Below, in pieces: positions 22,010 through 34,017 of a stretch of DNA of 64,000 nt. A program made the translations under genes and the position numbers. Position 1 is the stretch's first letter. Each line of letters starts with the position of its first letter. The notes below the pieces were generated by a model. The model was not told the origin of the DNA and did not search any database. It saw only the letters and a list, made by a program, of their open reading frames with translations. Source of the DNA: Rhizodiscina lignyota (taxonomy: Eukaryota); assembly GCA_010015805.1 (NCBI GenBank), contig ML978123.1, forward strand, positions 1,116,001 through 1,180,000, in the 5' to 3' direction.

Positions 22010-24364
22010 TTACTCCTCTGCATCGAAAAAGAGTTCCTCGGCGCCATTGTCATCATCCGAGGTGTCGTCGGCCATTTCGATGCCGCGGCTGAGGTAACCA
22101 GTTGTTTCATCATCAAACATAACCCCAAGACCTTCCAGGAAACATTCTCCTCCATTCATCTCAGCCTGTGTCATCTTCTTCATCCACCTCTGATCTGCCA
22201 TGTACGTATCGTATCTAATTTTGGATAGCAGATTTGCGAATGCATCATACCACTCTTGCAGCACTGCCCATTCTTCACTCCTTAGTCGATATTCTGCGAT
22301 CTCCTGACTCTGAGCAGTCCAGCCTCCCTGATTCTTTGCATCCACGTCCAGCCCCTTGAGATTGGTATGGTAAAGTGTTTGGAGTGTCTCGAGTCCTGAG
22401 ATATATGCTGCGAGGTGGAGTATTGAATCGCCGTGATAGTCCACCTTACAATAATCTGCGCCACAGGACAACAGCAGTGTGATGCAATCCGGTTTGTCAA
22501 CACCCACACCCTGCATTAAAGCTGTGTGTCCACATTCGTTTGTTGCCTCAATATCTGCTGCATGGTCTAAGAGGACACGCACTGCTGCCGAATTCCCGTA
22601 CTGAGCGGCACATATGAGTGGGGTATTGCCACTGTAGGATTGACAATCGACATCCATTCCGAAGCCTACGAGAGAATGAATGACTTCAGTATGACTATCT
22701 TTAGGCCACCCGATGGCATGATAAAGAGCTGTACGGCCGTACATGTCCTTTTGCTTGACGTCAGCACCATGAGCAATCAGTAACGGTATCATATCCGGAT
22801 TTACACCCTGCGCTGCTGCATGTATTAGTCCTTCTCCGTCTCTGTTGGTGGTGCTAATATCCGCACCATATTTTAGGAGAACAGAAACTAAGAATTCATC
22901 GCCCTGCCAAGCAGCCAAGTAAAGCGGCGTGCGACCAAATTTATCTGGAGCATTGACACAGGCGGTTGATAATTTGAGCTGATCCTCTAAGTTCGACTCC
23001 ACGAGGCCGAGGATAATTTTGTGGAGTGGGCTGTATTGCCATCGCTCTAGGTAGGTAGACCGATACTCAATCCTAAGGTAGTTATAAGTTAGAGGGGCTC
23101 CAGGGAAAAGAGTTCTGCGCCCTATCACATCAAGAGCGCAATGACTAATGTCATTATCTTGATACAGATCGGCCCCTCGTGATAGTAGAAAGCGAATAAC
23201 CTGTACACCTCTGTATTCAGTGGCATAGTGTAAGAGTGAGTAACCATCGGAATCTTCGTCCACGGGAGAAGCCAGCCCACCGTCGAGGAGACGCCTCAGT
23301 TCATCCACCTTGTCACGTGTTGCATAATAAATAGCGGCCGACTCGTCCGGTATGACTCGACGCATGCGAAGCAAGAGCTCAGGCTCGCCCAAATGGCTCG
23401 CGAAGGATGCAGCGAGAATCTTGGACCAAAACCAGCGGGGGAACCGATACCGAAGCTCAACACGCGCTGAAGACTTGTTCTGCGTCTGACACCCCGGGTC
23501 GTTGCAGGCCGGTCTCAACCAGCCAAATCCACTGTAGCCGATACTTAAGTGTCCAACTAACGCCCCAAATGATCGTGGACTCTGATATCTCTGCGCCGAG
23601 TGACAGCGGCAGGGACACCATTTCGGACATGACTTGGATTGGGTAATTGCTTGGACTGAGATGATCGAGGAGGCATGTTGTCTTGATGGTGCACTGTGCG
23701 TGTCGAGTAGATCAGATTCCAAGCGCAACGTCTGATCTCTATTGATCTGCTGGGAGGTTCCGAGATACTGCGGTTGTTGGACTTGTCGAAGGACCATCGT
23801 CTGGAGTTCGTCTAGCTTTCGTAAAGTAGCAAGCTGAAACTGTTGCGAGCTGTGCTGGATCTGGTGTGTTTCAATGGAGATGCTCTGTATTGACAAATGG
23901 AGCCCAGCCGCCGATGAAATGGATAACGCTTCCAATACTATCATTAGGTCTTGTTTCGACTTCCGTAAGTCCTTCTGTAACTTCGTCGCGGCTCCGCTGG
24001 CCTTCCGTAGCCATTTCATTTTATCAACACGAACCCTTTGTACACCAGCACTACTGCTAGATGGTTTCAAGCATGACGACACCAGCTCTCCAAGTTCTTC
24101 CAGTTGAACTTTTGTTTTGACAATTGAAATAGCGGTCGTGGAGAAAGACGGCTTCGACCGTAGATTAGCAGTGTCGCTCACGTCTTCGATGGCGCTCTTG
24201 CATGCTTCAAGGACGAGGCGCAGGTCGGTAACTTCGTTGGAGAGGGCCAAAAGCATGTCTGGAGCATCGTGCCAGGTCTTATGGAGATGTTCAAGCTGCT
24301 TTGCTACTGTCGAGGCTGCTCCGATCACAGCGATGAGACTAGCTGTCAGCGATAGAGGGTCCAT
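22010..24364 (-). CDS. Ankyrin-repeat protein with N-terminal HeLo-like (fungal STAND N-terminal type) domain and a central Cys/His cluster, intronless
   Basis: N-terminus MDPLSLTASLIAVIG...LALSNEVTDLRLVL. Cys cluster CPKWCPCRCH...CNDPGC. Ankyrin repeats GYSLLHYA, GRTPLYLAA, GEGLIHAAA, GRTALYHA, GNTPLICAA and GDSILHLAA. Acidic C-terminal tail. Confidence 0.9.
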   Translation of the reverse strand: MDPLSLTASLIAVIGAASTVAKQLEHLHKTWHDAPDMLLALSNEVTDLRLVLEACKSAIEDVSDTANLRSKPSFSTTAISIVKTKVQLEELGELVSSCLKPSSSSAGVQRVRVDKMKWLRKASGAATKLQKDLRKSKQDLMIVLEALSISSAAGLHLSIQSISIETHQIQHSSQQFQLATLRKLDELQTMVLRQVQQPQYLGTSQQINRDQTLRLESDLLDTHSAPSRQHASSIISVQAITQSKSCPKWCPCRCHSAQRYQSPRSFGALVGHLSIGYSGFGWLRPACNDPGCQTQNKSSARVELRYRFPRWFWSKILAASFASHLGEPELLLRMRRVIPDESAAIYYATRDKVDELRRLLDGGLASPVDEDSDGYSLLHYATEYRGVQVIRFLLSRGADLYQDNDISHCALDVIGRRTLFPGAPLTYNYLRIEYRSTYLERWQYSPLHKIILGLVESNLEDQLKLSTACVNAPDKFGRTPLYLAAWQGDEFLVSVLLKYGADISTTNRDGEGLIHAAAQGVNPDMIPLLIAHGADVKQKDMYGRTALYHAIGWPKDSHTEVIHSLVGFGMDVDCQSYSGNTPLICAAQYGNSAAVRVLLDHAADIEATNECGHTALMQGVGVDKPDCITLLLSCGADYCKVDYHGDSILHLAAYISGLETLQTLYHTNLKGLDVDAKNQGGWTAQSQEIAEYRLRSEEWAVLQEWYDAFANLLSKIRYDTYMADQRWMKKMTQAEMNGGECFLEGLGVMFDDETTGYLSRGIEMADDTSDDDNGAEELFFDAEE

Positions 24365-24997
24365 CGTGTACGGAAGGTGGCGTGTTCACTATCTGGCAAA
24401 CTGTGAGAATTGTAGCTGGATTCAGTGTTAAGTCAAGATCGCACAGCCTCGTACTGAAGCCTAAGATCGTATCGCAAGGCTGAGGCTCAAACGAGTGCGC
24501 CTTGCACAGAGACGCTCTCCAATTGGAACTTACTCTTTCACCGCCTTGCGGAAGTGCGAGAAAGCCATTGCGGCCATCCCGCAATCATCCACACACAATA
24601 TTACGAGCTGCATAATGAAGACAATTGGCCATGCTTGTGTACAGACGAATGTATCAACGTGAAAGGCTAAGGGGCTAGATGGGCTAATAAAGAGGCGTTG
24701 AAAGAGGCTCCATGGATGTTGATGATAAGATTAGATCATACCTGTTAATTGGACCACAGGTTCAGAGACTATGCCAGCACATATTGATTGTAGAGAGGTT
24801 TGAAATGGGCAGCTTCTCCTTAGGATTGGCCATAATTAGGTAGCACGAAGCAGCTTCTTGCTATACTTCTGCGTCAATCTCGCTCATTTCAGTTGCTTGA
24901 AGATAAACCACCCTTCAGCCGTGTTGTGCTCCAAACTTTACTGGTCGAAACGTGCCTATCAATATCTCTCCTTCCAGTATCTGATGAGAGTATGCAA

Positions 24998-27501
24998 TCA
25001 TGTCCTCCTTTTGTGGCTTGACCTATTTATCGCCGTCCACGCACGTTGGCGCTCCCACATCGAAGCGGAAGTAGCATCAGACACGGCTTCGCTGGCAAGT
25101 CGATGGTGCTCCTGCTCCGCGGAAGCGGGGCGATGAATTGTATCATCAGCGTGCTGAGAATCGTCCTCCGCATCCGACAAACTGTCAGACTCGCTCTCGA
25201 TAGACTGTGCCTCCATCTCCGAATCATCCTCGACGTCTTTATTCAGTCGGAGACTTTCCTGCAGTAGCGCCCGCCCTCTTTGTCTCTTCTTCTCAGCCTC
25301 GTCCTCCTTCCTTACTTCTTCGAGATAGTTCTTACGTAGCTCCGTATAGATCTCAGGCATTGGCTTCCCTTGGTCCCACTTCTGAGAGACAGCATAGTAC
25401 TGCATGTGCACGCCATCCCCGATCTGCTTCTCAATGTCCGCTTTGATTGCGAGCAGTGTGTCAAGAAACGTCTCTTTCTCATCGACTCTCAACTTCATCT
25501 TCTGTAGCGCGAGCTTCTTTTCTCCGGATGACCACTTCGTGTTTGGGTGCCGCGAACGGATTAACGTCCAGTTGATGCTCTCTTCGTCTTTTGGATTTAT
25601 ATCGATAATCTCCCGCAGGATTTGATAATGGTCCCCAGCCAGCATGAGCTCAACCTTAGCAGATGCTTCCGCCTGCCGCTTCTCGGACATCCTTTCTCTC
25701 TTCCTCTGCTTCTTCCTCTCTGGCGCACTGTCGTACCATGAACCCCCGACTTCTTCTTCAGGAGCTGGTTTTGCTTTCCGCCTTCTCATCTTCTTCCATT
25801 TGCTCCTACACTGCAGCTCGGAGCGAGTCCCTCCCATTCGTTGACTGACCGTTGCGAAGTTCAAGGAATCATCCAATTCACTATCCTCACTATCTGCAGC
25901 CTCTTCAGCATTTAATTCCCCTTTTGAAAGGCCGATAGCTGCCTTGCACTCTTTTACAGCCCTCACAAGACCCTCCTCTTCGCCTGAGCTCCACACATCC
26001 ATTCTTCTATCATCACCATACTGCACATGAGTCCGCCATCGATCTCTGCAAGCACCGGCGCTCTTTCCGACTATGGAGCTAATCCAGGTCCACTTCGCAG
26101 GCTTCACAACGAACGCAGCGCTCAGCTTGGCGTCCAGCTCTTCATTCCACGGAGTATTTTCAGCCGAAAGGTTGCCCCACCTGCGGCGGCAAAAGCCTTG
26201 AATGGATTTGCCAGTGCGGTTCGGTAAGACCTCTTGCAGCTCTTCCCAAAAGTCGCGTGTCAAAATATTGATTGGCCGCTGGACGAGGTCGTTGAATTGA
26301 CTTCCTGAGAGGTTCTTCCGTGACCGATATTTGCTGGCTACGCCGTCGAGGAGGGAGATCTCTTCATTGACAAACTTGCCAGAGGATGGAAGATGACTCC
26401 TGTCGTCCGGAGGAGCTGAAGACGTACTTGGATCAGGGGTCATTTCGTCTCGCTGGGATCTCGTCTTTTCTGGTTCATCATGGTCGTGATCACTCGGGCT
26501 CGATGTTATTTCGATTGATGGCAAGTACTCATCGCTTTCCTCGTCTTCGGAATCTTGAATGACTTGACGGTTTGGAGGTGGCCGCTTAGATCTTCGAACT
26601 TGAATATCAAGAGATTCTGTTTCATCTATTCTGGGAGAGACAGCCGCCTCGATTGATTGCTGTAGGTCGTAATGTATTCGGTTTGCAAGCACTGACCCGT
26701 CAATTCCACCAGCAGACGGCGATCCATCAAGGAATTGCAAATTCACATTATCCGATGTCAGAGACGGGTTCCGCGCAAGAGAAGCATCCTCAGAGGCATC
26801 GTCGCTCTCCAAGGATTCGAAACGGTTTGTACTTAGACTTCTTGGTGCTCTTAATTGATGCTCGGAGCTAAGAAACGTATCACTACTGGCGTCGAATGCA
26901 GCCTCTGAGATCAGCTCTCCTTGATCCTCCAGCATTTCATCGGAAGAGCTCGTATGCCTCGTGCTACGTGCACTTCGAGGAGAGGCCACGTCACTTTCGG
27001 CCATATCACCACGGCCGGCTGGCTCAGCACCGCCTTGCGATTCCGCATGGATTTGAGCCTCATGTATCAACTGAGAAGAGACCAGCAAATCGACGTCTGG
27101 CTCGCTCGACGAGGCAGTACGGACGAATTCACCAGACGCTCTCAATCGCTGTGATGCGCCAGTCTTCAATCCCTCCTGCGAGTTTGCAACTTCCACCGAC
27201 GACACCTGCTCGTTCCCAGCAGGCGAGTATCGCTTCCTCTTCCTCCCCGCAACACCAATCCGCCCATTATAAGGTTCCGGAGAATACTCGCCGTCTACGT
27301 GATGCACGATCCGCACAGGCGACAGGTCAATCGCCGTGTCATGATCTGCAAATTTCGCGATCAGCAGATGTCCTTCGAGCCAGACGGCAGATCAAGAGCT
27401 TAAACAGACAACAACTCACCATACGGCGCCGACGACCCAAAGCCATTGCGCTGCGCGCTGCTCGCCTCGTCGGGCTCGATTTGCGAGGTATTCTGGCCCA
27501 T
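24998..27501 (-). CDS. Reb1/TTF1-like Myb-domain DNA-binding protein (Pol I termination factor family), 1 intron (27346-27419)
   Basis: Exon 1 MGQNTSQIEPDE spliced (GTGAGT...GCTGAT...CAG) in frame to the 772-aa ORF. Myb-type motifs FWEELQEVLPNR, KWTWISSIVGKSAGACRDRWR, WSSGEEEGL and MGGTRSELQCRSKW. Confidence 0.85.
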
Positions 27502-28993
27502 TTCGACGTGCGAGCGGCGTTGGCTCCACGCGCAAGACGAAGCTCAGCCGTAGGAGGCAAGCTGCGAACGCGCGACGAGGAGAGCTGTTTGACGTTGTAC
27601 CTCTACCTTCGCTTAGGGCTGAGATGGCAAGGATGAAGTGCAGCACGTGATAGAGAGGGGTACGCGGAGATTTTGGCAGGGCGCTAGGCTATTTACAGCG
27701 TAATATTTCGACAGTTCTCGCCAAGCATCGTCTGCATGCGCCCTCCAATTCCGCCGCCAAATGTCGAAATGAACGTGACCTGGTGCCCACCTCCAGGCTC
27801 CACCAACAACGCCTGTGAAGTGCTAATGCTATGTAGACTAAGCTGATGATTTCATATGCTTCGCAAGCCGCTTGTCGATTTCTATGCACGCCTGCTACGA
27901 CATGTAATCTTTGGGATGGCGCTTTGGCTGTGTGTGGACGTGGAGAGCAGAGCTGGGGAAACCAGGAAGCTCGAGGCGGCGGATCTCCAGAGCGCGCGTG
28001 CCATATCCACCGTGCTTTTTCCAAGCCATGATTGCGATCAATTTCGCGAGTGATGAGATGGAGCGGTCATGGTCGGCTAGAGATGCTGCCCATCGAAGGC
28101 TCGCACAGTCCACTACCTTCCACGTTGAGCCGCGTCGCGGAAGGATTGTCAACCAAGCAACGAGGCTGCACGGGAAGTCGCTTCGAGATGCGGCCATGCG
28201 GATCGGATTCCGTGCCTTTCTGATTCTCTGATATTGGTAAATACGATACGCCACATCTGCGGTCTGGCTGATCGTGTTCGTATCGAGTTCAGTTATCCGT
28301 GTGAGATCTCATCGACAAATCAAGATGCGAAACAAGCTCCCGCCGTGATTGACGGTTTGATCCAATTCATCAGCCAAGAAAAAGGTATCTACAAGAATCG
28401 AAGGGTATGCAGTATGTACAGTGATGCTGCTCTTAGTGCTCTTGGAGGCGGCTCGATCAGCCTGCCCGTGGCAAGAGAGCGTCGTAATAGAAACACCAAA
28501 ATCGTGTTTCACCTCTTGCAATATTACTCGTTACGCAAAACTATCCAATCATACACTATGCCTCGCAGACGCTTTGTAGGTAGGAAAAATGCTTTTGTAG
28601 CGACAGTATGCGGATCGAAGTTCGAAATGCCGTGAGATAAATGGTTTATTGCAGTCGAACGATGGAGATGGCTGATCGAATCAAAACTATTCCTTCAAAA
28701 CCGACCCGTTCCCGGGGTATCCTGAAGCCGTATCTTCGTTCGAGCTGTCGAAGCTCTTAGCGATATTTATGAAACATCTTGCTGGCCGGGTATCTTCGAA
28801 TGCGAAACCAGCAGTTGTCCGATCTCTTTCCCAAGGGGTGTCCTCCTCTTTTTGAATATGTTCCACCGTGTGGTGAATGCCATATGGGTATCTTGCATCG
28901 AGCAGGGTATCAATAACAATAACATCACAATGCGACGCGTTCCCAATTGAATTTTGCTTGCGCAGCTCGGGGCTGCAGCAATCCCACAAACCC

Positions 28994-30553
28994 TCACATC
29001 CTCTCAGGCTTCGTTCTAGGCGATGCCGGGCCCGAGCCAGCAGGTCCTCTCGCCCCTCTCTCTTCACCTCTGCTTCCTCTACTTCCAGCGCTATCGCTCG
29101 CTGTTCGCGCCCTTACACTTGAAAAGCCTTCGCTTCTCCCGCTCCCTGGAGGCGTAGGTTGCCGACTCCCTGGTCTGCCTGGGCCGGAAGATCCAGGTCG
29201 CCGAGCAGAAGCGTCACTGCGATTTCGCGCATGTCGTCGAACAGCACTGGGCGTCGAATAACTCGATGTGATTTGCGAGAACGACGGCGAAGTAAACTGT
29301 GGAGCAGAAGTTGGGGCCGAAGTGGGAGGTGGAGCAACTTGATGCGCGCGAGTGTCTTTGCGCTTTTTAGGGGAAGAAGTGTATTCTGGAGATGTGTCAA
29401 AACTCTGATCGATCAATCCGACACTCGGCAAAATTTGACTCTGTTGCCGATATTTCGAGAGGAGAGGGCAAATGTTGGAAAGTTTTGGGCAAGATGGGTG
29501 AGGATAATGTTGGTAATAATGTGGTCTGTGTCGCTAGGAATGTTTACCTGTTGGTGTAGCAGGCTGATCTTTGCTCGCACTCGCTCCGCCTTGCGATGTT
29601 GGCGGAACCCAGTGGTGAAAGTAGATGGATGGAGAAGAAGCAGCTGGCTCTTGCGGCGGAGCTGAATGCAGCGTTGGGGGCTGATGGACCTGCATTTCAT
29701 TCGTCGTGAGACGAGGAAGTGTCGAAGGTCCAGACGGCCGTGGGGCAGATGTTGGACCTTGCGCTTGCAACGCACGCGACCGACTTGTTGGAGACATCGC
29801 TCCTGCAGTTGGAGAATAGGTCGCAAACGATCCTCCTGGCTGCCCTTGAAGGACTTGAGGTGCAGGAGGAATTTGCTGTGACTGCTGTGGTGGTGGAGCT
29901 CCATACTGCTGGCCTACCATCCGACTATCTCGTCGAATGTCCGGAGACACTTGTTGCGATTGAGAAGCTGCAACTTGTTGCTGTGATGCTTGCAATTGCG
30001 CGGTATACTGCTGCAACCATTCAAGGCTGTAATTTGCGAGATTCGCACCACCAATTCCTGCGAAAATGATTGGCACCATGTGCGGAGGAACACCTCCTGC
30101 CATCGATTCTCGCAACATGGCAGACTCAATCTTTCTTTGCTCCAATCTTAGGCTCTCCTGCCGCGTCTTCTCTTCCTCTTGCTTCCTTCGATCTTCCTCT
30201 GCCTTCGCTGCGAGCCAATTTCTCATGGAATCTTCCGCACCTTGCCACTGCTGGGGAGGAGCTGGCATTTGTCCCAATGATGGAGTGATTGGAGGAGGTG
30301 CTCTTGCTGGATCCGGCAGTGTCATCGCCGCTGGAGGCGGCAAGCCTCTATGAGGCGTGGACATGCTGGAACGGTTACTATCCGGCGGTGGAGGAGGTGG
30401 ATGTGGTTGAGCGGTAAGCGATGAATAGGAAGGTGGAGATTGTCTCTTCGTCGCGGACGTGAATGGCGGAGGGAAGTCATGAGGAGACTTGAAATCGAAC
30501 TCCGACTTGGCTGGTGCGGAAAGCGTAAGTAACATGAGGTCTGATGCTCCCAT
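28994..30553 (-). CDS. Conserved uncharacterised Pro/Gln-rich ascomycete protein with a short coiled coil and a putative NLS; 1 intron (about 29386-29547)
   Basis: Blocks SMRNWLAAKAEEDRRKQEEEKTRQESLRLEQRKIE, GGVPPHMVPIIFAGIGG and SIYFHHWVPP. GTAAAC donor joined to TTGAC...CAG acceptor gives TPT-E-YTSSPKKRK in frame. Confidence 0.8.
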
Positions 30554-33500
30554 CAAATCGTCGTCATTGAACGGCGTCTGTCTTTTTGGCGCTCGTGCGG
30601 GGGGAGAGTCGACGATATAGGAAGCGGAGAAGGCTTATATTGAAGTTCGGGGGATTTACTTAAGAAAGTCAGGATGTAGCTTTAAGAGAAGGTCTTTAAG
30701 GCGACCCAGACTGGTGGCACACCGTTTTAGGAGGCTTGTCAGGTACAAGAGATAGTGTCGATGACGAACACCATCTGATTGGAAGGCCCCAGGTGTAGGG
30801 CTACTTGGAAGAAGCGAAGCTACTGGACGACAGCGGCTGGTAGCAAATGAAGATCTGTGTCGATGCTCGCGTGGGTGTGGGCAGGTTGGCCGGCGGACGA
30901 TCTGGGAGAAGTCTGGGCTCGAGGTCGAGTCGAGAGGGTCCCTCGGGAGAAAGAAGAAACGAGCCTTGAAGAAAATGTACAAAAGAAGGTAACGGCCGAT
31001 GATCAACTCGGCGTGAGAAAGCAGCAACGAGGACCAGTCCGCGCCAGTGGGATGTAAGTACGCCGCGTAAAAGAGCGGATATGTCGACGCTAGCCGGCTC
31101 GGCCAACGAGCACAGGAATGGACGGTAGCTTGGTGAAAAAGACGTTAGAACGAATCTGCAAGGATCGGCATGAAAGGAAGAAGAAAGTGAGGATGGCCGG
31201 GAAGGGCGTGACGCTTCGAGGGCGGCCGAAGACGGTTACGCTACCCACCAGAGCAGCCCACTTGACGAGCCCACAAAAGCCGCTACCGTGCCTGCAGACG
31301 ACACCACCGCCTTTCTCCAAGGCAGCGTTGTGGCGCTGCCTTAGATGACAGCCGGCATGCAGCGCTGGCCAGCCAAGCAGATGCGTGAGGAGGAGCAAGA
31401 GCTAAGCGGCGCCGGCTCAGGCGCAGTAGCAAGCAGCAGGGCCAGTCCGCGGTGAGAAGCTTGTAGGATCAAGATGGTGGTTACAGAGAGAGCGTGGACG
31501 GACGGGAAGGGCAACGAAAGGGAAAGCAGGTCTGGCTCTGGGACTGGTCGCGGGCGTAATCATGCGACGTCTGTCTGTCCAGCGGCGATCATCGTTACTC
31601 AAAGTGGGAGCAAGAGCTTCGCCTATCAGAAGGCGCAGGCATCGTTCTCAAGGCCCTGCGTCCCCGGGCAATGCTCGCAAATAGATGCCCATGTCCCGGC
31701 GTGTACTGTACTATACCGCGAGACGCACTACACTGCTTTAGGGCGTGCCACGGCCACGGCCAGCACTCGAGCCGTAATGACACTGCTTGCGGCGGAGACT
31801 AGAAGCTGGCAAACGAGAGGGAAAAGAGATTTGGCCCTCGTACCCTCGTATACCGTCACCTTTTCCTGAAATTCGTGCGGGCATTGCTGGCCGTGCCCGC
31901 TGACCCTGTGCCGCGTGTGGCGTCTCGTGGCCAGCGGTTTGAGGAGGCAGGCCGGGTGTTTTCTGATGAGTTCAGTGCCATTACGCAGAGCAGAGGGTGA
32001 TGATGACAGGGTTTGGGGGCTGGGTGCAGCGTTGGAGCTTGTTGGAAATGAGGTCGTGAGGCCTGCCGATTCGACGGAGCGCGGTGCGCTCGCCGGGAAG
32101 AAGCGAGCAAATCTCGCGCCAACCAAGCCGTGCGCTGGGAGGGTAGGGTGTGCTGGGTGGCCTGTTTGGCGGGCGATAGCTGGGCCTTTGCGTGCGAGTG
32201 GTAGCTTACGCCTTTGCCGCTCGGTCGCTCGCCAGTTGCGGAGTAGTCGGGCTTCTGGAAGACGACTGGAAATGAAAGGTCAAGGCCGACGTTTGACGTC
32301 GCGGAGCCACGGCCCCATCTGGCGTGCGAGCAAGATTAAGGCGGCGCTGCAGTCATAGCACTTGTAGAATTATCTCATTACAGCCAGCTCGCACATGGCG
32401 ACGTGTGTAGCGACGCTGCTACTGCCAGCCGGAAGCGGTGTTCATTTGCCTCAATCGGCCGCCATGGGCCCGTTTCGCGATGCTGCGACAAGCGTGTAAT
32501 CAAAGGCATGCGTGCAATGTCCGTTCGGGATGCTGGAGAGTGTTTCGAATGCATGCACTTGGAGCTGGAGGATGCAGTCATACCCAGTGCAGCAATGGAA
32601 GGAGCAAGCTACAGACGCCGCCTCGCGTGCCCGCCCAATTTCGCAGAGCTGCCATTGCTACTTCTGCTCGCGGCACGCTAGCTTCGAATTGCACGCGCGA
32701 GCAGCGTTGACGTCGTCGGCGGTGATCGCTGCCTGACGTGCGCTCGCTGTGCCCGCGATACGACTTGCTGGTAACACGCCAACAGGCGCTGTCAGGTGTC
32801 AAGAAGCAAAAATAGGACCGAGCGGGCGATCGCTGCCCGTCGTAGCAAGTACAACTCCAGGAAAGCGGTCACCGCGTGCAAACAACGTGCGGCGGCGCAG
32901 ATCCCCTGGAAGTTGGGAACGGCAAGAGTGGTCAAGTGGGCGACAAAATAGTCGAGTCGACGCTGTAATATATCGAGCCGCGAGCATGTTTATCCTCGTC
33001 AGTTAATATAGGTTATATACACTAAAGCTGTACGATTCTAATAAACATACTCTAGTATTTGTGCAATCGAGGTTTTGGAGATGCTCTCGCATGTGCTGAA
33101 GAACAATACTTATTACTACTACAGCCGTTCACGTCAGTCGGGCTCAACTATTTTGTCACCCGCGTGAGTGGTTAGAGTGAGATCGGACGGGCGCGCGGAA
33201 GCTCTCTACCTCACCTGCGCCGGTCGACGAACGCCACGGCCTGCACACATGAAGTGGCCACTCGCGCGTGCAGTAGCTGGCGGAGTCCACTGCGCTTCCG
33301 GTCGCGATACTAGCAGAAGCAGCAACAGGTAGGGCAAGCAATGGTGAACAACCTCATGCTCAGGCTCACGCTCATGCTGATTGTGATGGCGGGCTGGCTG
33401 TGGTGCACCCTTGCAGCAGCTCCAAGGGACCTCGATAATTCTCCGTGCCAGCTCGCCTCGCGGCAGAGTGACGAAAATGATCGACTGAAACAGTGGCGAC

Positions 33501-33990
33501 TCGCATGAGCGCCGAAAAGAGAATGCCTTAGACGAGATGAGGTGGTGACTCTGGCGCCGCGCTGTGGCAGACAGCCTTATCCCTGGCAGCACTTGGGGCC
33601 CGGCCACCCGAAGCAGAGGACATCGCATGCCCCAGAACCAAGAACAGACATCAGCAGACGTGAGGAGCGCGCTTGGGAAGTGCTATATCGCAGTGCTGGA
33701 TCTGGCAGCGCGTTGGATTACGTGGACCGGCAGGGTTGGCGAGAGACAATTGACGTACAAACAACTCGGAAATAGAAGCGTGAGGCGATTGGGACCGGGG
33801 AAATGCAGTCTCCACCCAATAATACGGCCAGCGCTGCAGTTGAGAGCTGCTGCGTGTGATACGGGTGATTGCTGCTAGCCGCGACCCAAGATGCGCTGAT
33901 TTCAAAAACGCCTCCAGAGGAGTCCCGATGCAGCTGCATCTCGGCCTGCAGCGACTCCGGATGTCTCGAGCAGCTCAGTCACCTGTCACG

Positions 33991-34017
33991 CATCATCATC
34001 ATCATCATCATCATCAT
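33991..34017. repeat. (CAT)9 microsatellite, intergenic
   Basis: Nine perfect CAT units read directly. Confidence 0.95.
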
